Assembly (NCBI GenBank): GCA_001784875.1 | Contig: MFSH01000015.1 | Location: 47,933-111,932, forward strand | Direction: 5' to 3' | Source: Candidatus Moranbacteria bacterium RIFOXYB1_FULL_43_19 | Lineage (GTDB): Bacteria > Patescibacteriota > Minisyncoccia > Moranbacterales > UBA11712 | Length of the DNA: 64,000 nt | Shown here: positions 58,342-64,000 of the stretch, in pieces | Position numbering within the stretch: position 1 is the stretch's first letter | How the letters are laid out: each line of letters opens with the position of its first letter | Program-made: the position numbers and the translations under genes | Notes under the pieces: model-generated | Seen by the model: the letters and a program-made list of their open reading frames with translations, nothing else | Database searches by the model: none | Told to the model about the DNA's origin: nothing

Positions 58342-59972
58342 TCCGGAAAATAGTATATAAATTGAAAAATTCCCAGCCATCGAATTCGATCAATTCGGCG
58401 GCTTTTATCATCGCCACAGCCGGAATCTTGAGCCGGGCTTTGGGGCTGGTCCGGGACAGGATTTTGGCGGCAAACTTTGGGGCGGGGGATACGCTTGACA
58501 TATATTACGCCTCATTCCGCGTGCCGGATCTCATCTATAATCTGCTTATTCTCGGAGCCTTGAGCGCCGCTTTTATTCCGGTTTTCACGAGCCTTCTGGC
58601 CCACGAAAAAAGAGAGGAGGCCTGGAAGCTTGCCAACGGCCTTCTCTCGCTGGCTTTTCTAGTCCTGTTTTTCATCAGCCTTGTTTTTGCCATCTTCACT
58701 CCTTTTTTCATGAAATTCATTACTCCCGGATTTTCCGGAGAAAAGCTGGCTGCAGTCGTGAAACTGACCCGGATTATGTTTTTGAGCCCGATTTTTCTCG
58801 GCATCAGCGGCGTATTCGGGGGGATTCTCAATTCCTTCAAGCGGTTTCTCATCTACTCTCTGGCGCCGCTTTTTTATAACCTGGGAATAATTTTGGGAGT
58901 CGTTTTTCTTGTTCCTATTTTTGGAATATCCGGATTGGCCTGGGGCGTGGCTGGAGGAGCCCTTCTTCATATGCTGGTCCAATATCCGGCCGTGAAACTG
59001 AGCGGCTTCAAGTTTTCCCCGGCTTTGAACCTTCGCAACGGGAATCTCCGGAAAGTTTTGAAGCTTATGATACCCCGGACGATGGGACTGGCGGTGACAC
59101 AGGTCAATCTCTTGGTCGTGACGATCATCGCTTCGACATTGCCGGCTGGAAGTTTGGCTATATTTAATTTCGCCAATAATTTGCAAAGTTTTCCGATCGG
59201 AGTTTTTGCTATCCCGTTTGCCCTGGCGGTTTTTCCGAGCCTTTCCTATTTTGCCGCCAAAGAGGAAAAGGGGAATTTTATTGATTCCTTTTCCCGGACA
59301 TTCCGGCAAATTCTTTATTTCGCCATTCCGGCCAGCGTGCTTATCCTGGTCCTGCGTGCCCAAATCGTGCGGGTGATTCTGGGAAGCGGGAATTTTGACT
59401 GGGAAGACACGATCCTTACCTTTCAGGCTTTGGGTATTTTTGCCGTGAGCCTTTTTGCCCAGTGCCTGGTTCCGCTTCTCGCGCGGTCGTTCTATGCCCT
59501 TCAAAACACAAAAATTCCTTTTTACACCGGAATTGTGAGTGAAGTCGTCAATTTGACGCTAGCCCTTGTCCTCTCGCGCTTGTATGGTATTTTGGGGCTT
59601 GCCTGGGCATTTTCGCTTTCGAGCATGGTCAATATGTTCCTTCTTTTTTTGATTCTCCGATCAAAAACGGGTGATCTCGATGACAAAAAAATCATTTCCG
59701 TGACGGCTAAAATAAGCCTCTTTGCCCTTCTTGCCGGCGGGGTTGCCCAACTTTCAAAATATATTGTCGGGCCGTACACCGACACAGAAACTTTTCTGGG
59801 AATCTTTACCCAGCTTGCGGCGGGTGGCGCCGTCGGCTTAGCGCTCTTTTTTGTTCTGTCTTATGCTTTTCGGCTGGAAGAATTTGAAGCGGTCAAAAAA
59901 CTTCTTTCCGGAAAATTTTTGCGCCAGCGCCAGTCCATTCCGGACGACCCGACCGAGGCCAGCGGGCTTTGA
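58338..59972 (+). CDS. murJ: Lipid II flippase MurJ (MviN)
   Basis: N-terminal SRALGLVRDRILAANFGAGDTLDIYYASFRVPDLIYNLL signature; 14 TM helices. Confidence 0.85.
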   Translation: MIRKIVYKLKNSQPSNSINSAAFIIATAGILSRALGLVRDRILAANFGAGDTLDIYYASFRVPDLIYNLLILGALSAAFIPVFTSLLAHEKREEAWKLANGLLSLAFLVLFFISLVFAIFTPFFMKFITPGFSGEKLAAVVKLTRIMFLSPIFLGISGVFGGILNSFKRFLIYSLAPLFYNLGIILGVVFLVPIFGISGLAWGVAGGALLHMLVQYPAVKLSGFKFSPALNLRNGNLRKVLKLMIPRTMGLAVTQVNLLVVTIIASTLPAGSLAIFNFANNLQSFPIGVFAIPFALAVFPSLSYFAAKEEKGNFIDSFSRTFRQILYFAIPASVLILVLRAQIVRVILGSGNFDWEDTILTFQALGIFAVSLFAQCLVPLLARSFYALQNTKIPFYTGIVSEVVNLTLALVLSRLYGILGLAWAFSLSSMVNMFLLFLILRSKTGDLDDKKIISVTAKISLFALLAGGVAQLSKYIVGPYTDTETFLGIFTQLAAGGAVGLALFFVLSYAFRLEEFEAVKKLLSGKFLRQRQSIPDDPTEASGL

Positions 59973-60062
59973 TGGCTTCCATGTGTCCGCCTTTTTTTAT
60001 TTGCAAAAAACAGGCTTTGGGTGCTAGGATATTGCAAATTCCGAAAAGAGGAGGATTGGGCA

Positions 60063-60620
60063 ATGACCCAAAAGAGATATACGGAAAAGAATGATTTCGT
60101 CGCCATAATGGGACGGAACACCGACGGCAAAATCCAGGCAAGGCTCTGGAAACGCATATTTCCGATGGTGGAGAAGGTCAAATTCTTTGTCAACCAAATT
60201 CTGGCCCAAATGATCCACGACCGGGTCATCTGGGATCCGAACAACTCCCGTGAAGAATCCGATTGGTTTGCGGCAGAGAAGCTTTTGCTTCGGACATATA
60301 ACAGCGAGGGGTTCCTGGATATCACTATCGGGTGTTTCCTTTTGGAAGCCGCCAGGGTTCTTCAGATATGGGATCCAAAGAGCTATAACCTCGATCAGGT
60401 GATTGTGAAAAAAAGCGAAAGCTTCTTCATTGTGGGCAAAAAGTTTTTCCTCTATCTCAACGAAATGGCCGTTTCTGGCAAGGGAATATGGCATATCTTT
60501 CAAACAGCCGCCGCCGACGTGGAGATAAATTTTGAAAGCGTCGAGCGCTCGATGTGGGTTGAGCTTGATGAATTGTTCCGTGATTTGGAAAACGAGGGAT
60601 ATCACTGGTTTAGCGGGTGA
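60063..60620 (+). CDS. Hypothetical protein
   Basis: GGAGG RBS 6 nt upstream of ATG 60063; no recognisable domain. Confidence 0.4.
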   Translation: MTQKRYTEKNDFVAIMGRNTDGKIQARLWKRIFPMVEKVKFFVNQILAQMIHDRVIWDPNNSREESDWFAAEKLLLRTYNSEGFLDITIGCFLLEAARVLQIWDPKSYNLDQVIVKKSESFFIVGKKFFLYLNEMAVSGKGIWHIFQTAAADVEINFESVERSMWVELDELFRDLENEGYHWFSG

Positions 60621-60641
60621 AATCCGGGAGGAGGAAAGGTT

Positions 60642-60845
60642 ATGACGCTATACAAGTATAACTCCCAAGAGGCGGAACTGAAGGAATTGGCTCCTCTTCT
60701 GAACCTTGCGTTTGACGACAAAACTCCACTCTTCGCGCACTTTCGCAAGGGCGCAAAACCTGTGGGTTATGTCGTCCGTCCTGGTGTTATTTTTTTGCCA
60801 GACGATATCCAAATTCCGGCGGAGTTGTTTCTCCGACGCTTATAG
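60642..60845 (+). CDS. Small hypothetical protein (67 aa)
   Basis: GGAGGAGG RBS upstream; follows the previous gene by 21 nt. Confidence 0.3.
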   Translation: MTLYKYNSQEAELKELAPLLNLAFDDKTPLFAHFRKGAKPVGYVVRPGVIFLPDDIQIPAELFLRRL

Positions 60846-60884
60846 AGAGGGGGAAACAATTGAAACAGGCGCTAAAACACAAGG

Positions 60885-60917
60885 TCCGGAGATGCAATCA
60901 TCACTCCGGGCTTTTTT
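60885..60917 (+). terminator. Rho-independent terminator between convergent genes
   Basis: ccggag...ctccgg hairpin followed by CTTTTTTATTT. Confidence 0.55.
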
Positions 60918-61009
60918 ATTTGGGAAAGAAATTCAAGTATGGTCCAAAAAAAAGGCCAAGGAGCGAAATATGGCTCTTGGCCTTGCAGGGAGAGCATGAC
61001 AATCATGGC

Positions 61010-61597
61010 TTATCTCTCCCAATCGAGTAGAACAATGCTTTGCTCGGGTATAACCCTTTTCAGCTCCTGCCGATGGAAAACCTGGGCTTCTGGCTCGTAT
61101 ATCCAGGCGAAATATTCATTGGTGTTGATATGGATACCGGGCATCAGATTTTTGTCAATTTTTTCCGTGCGGACAAATCCGGATTCGTCGCAAACATCCT
61201 CGCAAATTTTTTTCGGGTTGAAAAGAATCCAGTCTCCGCAATAAAGCTCCTTTTTTTTCATGTCGATACTTCCCTGAAGCGAAGGAGCCTCTTTTTTCTG
61301 GATGAGCTCGGTGATCAGTTTTGAAAGAGCCATATTGCCTAAATAAGCTTTCTTGAGTTCTTTGGCGAGCTCCTCCACGAGCATCCTGGACCCGACAAGC
61401 TCGGCGTTAGTCTCGAACAGCTCTTGAACAAGATCGTCGGCTTTCTTTTTGAGCCGGGTTATTTCTTCCTGCGCCCCCGCGGCAGTTATTTTTGCCAGAT
61501 CACGAATTTTTTCATTCGGCGGATCTTGGCAAAAAGCCTTAGGAACAACCGCAACAAAAAAAACAGCAACGAATCCCAACAGCAATTTTTTACCCAT
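61010..61597 (-). CDS. Secreted hypothetical protein (signal peptide plus coiled-coil)
   Basis: Start moved to MGKKLLLGFVAVFFVAVVP, which has a GGGAGGGAGGA RBS; the upstream part of the six-frame ORF has no RBS. Confidence 0.45.
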   Translation of the reverse strand: MGKKLLLGFVAVFFVAVVPKAFCQDPPNEKIRDLAKITAAGAQEEITRLKKKADDLVQELFETNAELVGSRMLVEELAKELKKAYLGNMALSKLITELIQKKEAPSLQGSIDMKKKELYCGDWILFNPKKICEDVCDESGFVRTEKIDKNLMPGIHINTNEYFAWIYEPEAQVFHRQELKRVIPEQSIVLLDWER

Positions 61598-61739
61598 TGG
61601 CATGTCCTCCCTCCCTTTCAGCGATTTTGTATAGTCTACCAACCAATTTCCGGAATTGTCAATCGTGCAAACGTCAGCATTTCTTTTTTCTTGAATAAAA
61701 CGGGAGATTGAAGTAGGATAAGGATAAAAATACACCAAT

Positions 61740-62138
61740 ATGGACACTCAAAACTGGTATCAATCACTAATCAAACCACAATGGGCACCTGCGCCATCAA
61801 TCTTCGGCATTGTATGGCCCATACTATACGCGATCATCGCCGTGACTTTCGGCGCGGCCGGGTATATGTTTTGGAAAGGCCGGATATCTTTCCTCGTCCT
61901 TTTGCCTTTTATACTGAATATTATTTTCAACCTGGCTTTCACGCCGATCCAGTTTAGGCTCCAGAACAATCTTCTGGCCGCGGTTGATATTTTACTTGTC
62001 CTCGGAACGCTCATCTGGGCGATGATGGCCATCTGGCCTCATGCGAAATGGATTGCGCTGGCCAACATCCCGTATCTTTTGTGGATCCTTTTTGCAACCG
62101 CGCTGCAACTCACCATCACATATCTCAATTGGAAATAG
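61740..62138 (+). CDS. tspO: TspO/MBR-family tryptophan-rich sensory protein (short, 4-TM)
   Basis: WYQSLIKPQWAPAPSIFGIVWPILY matches the TspO N-terminal signature. Confidence 0.7.
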   Translation: MDTQNWYQSLIKPQWAPAPSIFGIVWPILYAIIAVTFGAAGYMFWKGRISFLVLLPFILNIIFNLAFTPIQFRLQNNLLAAVDILLVLGTLIWAMMAIWPHAKWIALANIPYLLWILFATALQLTITYLNWK

Positions 62139-62198
62139 GGGATTGGATGTAGACTATAAGTAAGGCGAACATAAAAGATATTTTGAAAATCTAGTATC

Positions 62199-63200
62199 AT
62201 GAAAAAAAGAAAACCGGAAATTAAAAAAGGAGAAATTGTGATCTACGAGTCCCAAGGTGGGCCTAGATTAGAGGTGCATTTAGAACAAGAAACTGTCTGG
62301 CTAAATCAAAAACAGATTGCTCTTTTGTTTGGAACGCAGAGGCCGGCCATAACGAAACATTTGAATAATATTTTAAAATCGGGAGAATTAAGTAAAAATT
62401 CAGTTAGTTCCATTTTGGAACATACTGCAGCAGATGGTAAAAAATACAAAACACAATTCTATAGCCTGGATGCAATTATTTCCATCGGTTATCGCGTGAA
62501 TTCCAAGCGAGCGACCCAATTCCGTATTTGGGCGACGAAGACGCTCCGCAGCCACTTAATCCAAGGTTACACTATAAATGAAAAGCGGCTAATGCAGGCT
62601 CAAAACCAATTCAAAGAACTTCAAAAAACCATCTCATTTCTAAAAGAAAAATCAAGCCACAAGCTTCTCGCCGGGCAAGAAAAAGAAATTTTGAGTCTGC
62701 TGGAAAGTTACTCCAAGACTTTGAGCCTGCTTGAGCAATATGACAAGGAAAAGCTGACCCTCTCAAAAAAGGCAAAAGGGAAATTTATTCTGAAATACGA
62801 ACACGCAAAAGAGGTGATCGGCAAAGTGAAGAAAAGATTGACAGTCAAAAAAGAAGCCAGCAACTTGTTTGGGCAGGAAAACAGCGAGAAGCTCAAAGCG
62901 ATTTTGGGAAATATTTATCAGACGTTTGCCAAGAAAGAATTATATCCGTCGCTTGAGGAAAAAGCGGCGCATCTTTTGTATTTTGTCATCAAAGACCATC
63001 CGTTCGTGGACGGCAACAAGCGCGTCGGTTCTTTTCTGTTTGTCTATTTTTTGGATAAAAACAATTATCTCCTCAAAAAGAGCGGAGAACGGAAAATTAA
63101 TGACAATGCGCTCACGGCGCTTTCGCTTTTGATTGCCATCAGCGCTCCAAGGGAAAAAGACAAGCTGATCAAAATTGTCACCAATTTATTGGCGGGATAG
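62199..63200 (+). CDS. RhuM-family protein with a C-terminal Doc/Fic domain
   Basis: N-terminal RhuM-like region (IISIGYRVNSKRATQFRIWATK); C-terminal Doc-type Fic motif HPFVDGNKRVG. Confidence 0.7.
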   Translation: MKKRKPEIKKGEIVIYESQGGPRLEVHLEQETVWLNQKQIALLFGTQRPAITKHLNNILKSGELSKNSVSSILEHTAADGKKYKTQFYSLDAIISIGYRVNSKRATQFRIWATKTLRSHLIQGYTINEKRLMQAQNQFKELQKTISFLKEKSSHKLLAGQEKEILSLLESYSKTLSLLEQYDKEKLTLSKKAKGKFILKYEHAKEVIGKVKKRLTVKKEASNLFGQENSEKLKAILGNIYQTFAKKELYPSLEEKAAHLLYFVIKDHPFVDGNKRVGSFLFVYFLDKNNYLLKKSGERKINDNALTALSLLIAISAPREKDKLIKIVTNLLAG

Positions 63201-63329
63201 TATATGAGCAAGTAGCATGTTACGTAGCAAAATACGTAAAAGAATAAATCAAATATATGGACAAAAATAAAAATGTGCGGAAATTGACGAGGCAGGGTTT
63301 ACCCCATCAAATAATTTCAAATAAAAAAG

Positions 63330-63587
63330 ATGTTTTACACTTACGTTTTATTGTCAGGTAAAGACAGGAATTTTTACACAGGGTATACAAAGGATTTGAA
63401 ATTAAGATTTGAGCGACACAAGAAAGGGCAGGTTGATTCAACTAAAAACAGGCGGCCGCTGAAATTGATATACTATGAAGCCTGTCTGAATCAGCAAGAT
63501 GCAACCCACAGAGAAAAATACTTAAAGAGACATTACGGAAAAATGTTTTTGAAGAATCGGCTCAAATCTTATTTGACGGGGAAATGA
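63330..63587 (+). CDS. GIY-YIG nuclease-superfamily small protein (YhbQ/UPF0213-like)
   Basis: FYTYVLLS...NFYTGYTKDLKLRFERH = GIY-YIG core. Confidence 0.7.
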   Translation: MFYTYVLLSGKDRNFYTGYTKDLKLRFERHKKGQVDSTKNRRPLKLIYYEACLNQQDATHREKYLKRHYGKMFLKNRLKSYLTGK

Positions 63588-63671
63588 AAAGCAGAAGGTT
63601 TGCCCCGTTAAATTGCGCAGCAATATTTAATTGGGGGATTGGAGGAGTAAGAAATAAATTTATCAAACTTA

Positions 63672-64000
63672 TGGATAAAACTACCCGCGAGGAGATAAAA
63701 AGAAACCTCAAACTTTCGCTACGCAAATACGTATCAAATTTTGTTTATAAAAACATACAACCGCTAGACTTTCTGATTCCGAAGGAAAGAAAGATCCGTT
63801 CCGTCGTCGGTGGACTTGAAACCAGCATGGGTACGACAGTTTGGGAGCCAATAGCCAAAACACTTGCGGAAATGAACGGTTTTGAAATTATTGAACAAAA
63901 AATACTTAAGCCTAAGCCCTTCCCAGAGAAACTCGCAAATGAATTGAGCAAGTTAATTACCCTGAGAGAAAACAAGAAGACCTGGATTCCAACAAAAGAA
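63672..64000 (+). CDS. Partial CDS that runs off the window end; possibly type II restriction-endonuclease-like, identity uncertain
   Basis: ATG at 63672, open through 64000 (109 codons or more); absent from the ORF track because it has no stop inside the window. Confidence 0.35.

Noticed and set aside
63745-63975. 76-aa minus-strand ORF in the track
   Set aside because: Antisense to a longer plus-strand open frame that starts at 63672 with protein-like composition.
1-64000. CRISPR arrays, rRNA genes, integrase or transposase genes
   Set aside because: No spaced direct-repeat arrays, no 16S/23S/5S signatures and no recombinase motifs were seen on either strand.

Overview
The 64 kb window is dense with housekeeping genes, mostly on the + strand, and looks like a small, AT-rich, reduced genome of the Candidate Phyla Radiation / Patescibacteria type. 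Evidence for that: six aminoacyl-tRNA synthetases (pheST, valS, proS, aspS, plus glyA and prfA/prmC); a glycolytic pgk-eno-gpmI block followed by a PfkB kinase and an ADP-forming acetyl-CoA synthetase; a minimal peptidoglycan set (dacA-like, mraY, murJ); and no respiratory genes. RNA genes: tRNA-Thr(UGU), tRNA-Tyr(GUA) and a structurally expanded type-A RNase P RNA (rnpB). Accessory content of note: (1) a translationally coupled operon of a 10-TM membrane protein, a PRMT-like arginine methyltransferase with a double-E loop, a SET-domain methyltransferase and a 7TM sensor histidine kinase, near an orphan REC-REC regulator and a pseudo-receiver; (2) a LAGLIDADG-like ORF wedged between the two tRNAs; (3) an acidic, Cys-rich membrane-anchored protein; (4) a cell-envelope glycan cluster (WbaP-like, DedA, 3x GT4, Wzz-like, DUF4012-like, MurJ) with a recurring TTCGTA-rich upstream motif; (5) two long-range leader helices in front of glycosyltransferase genes; (6) a RhuM/Doc(Fic)-GIY-YIG-restriction-like patch at the 3' end. 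No CRISPR array, rRNA or obvious prophage is visible. All calls come from reading the translated ORFs and the nucleotide sequence by eye; no searches were run.
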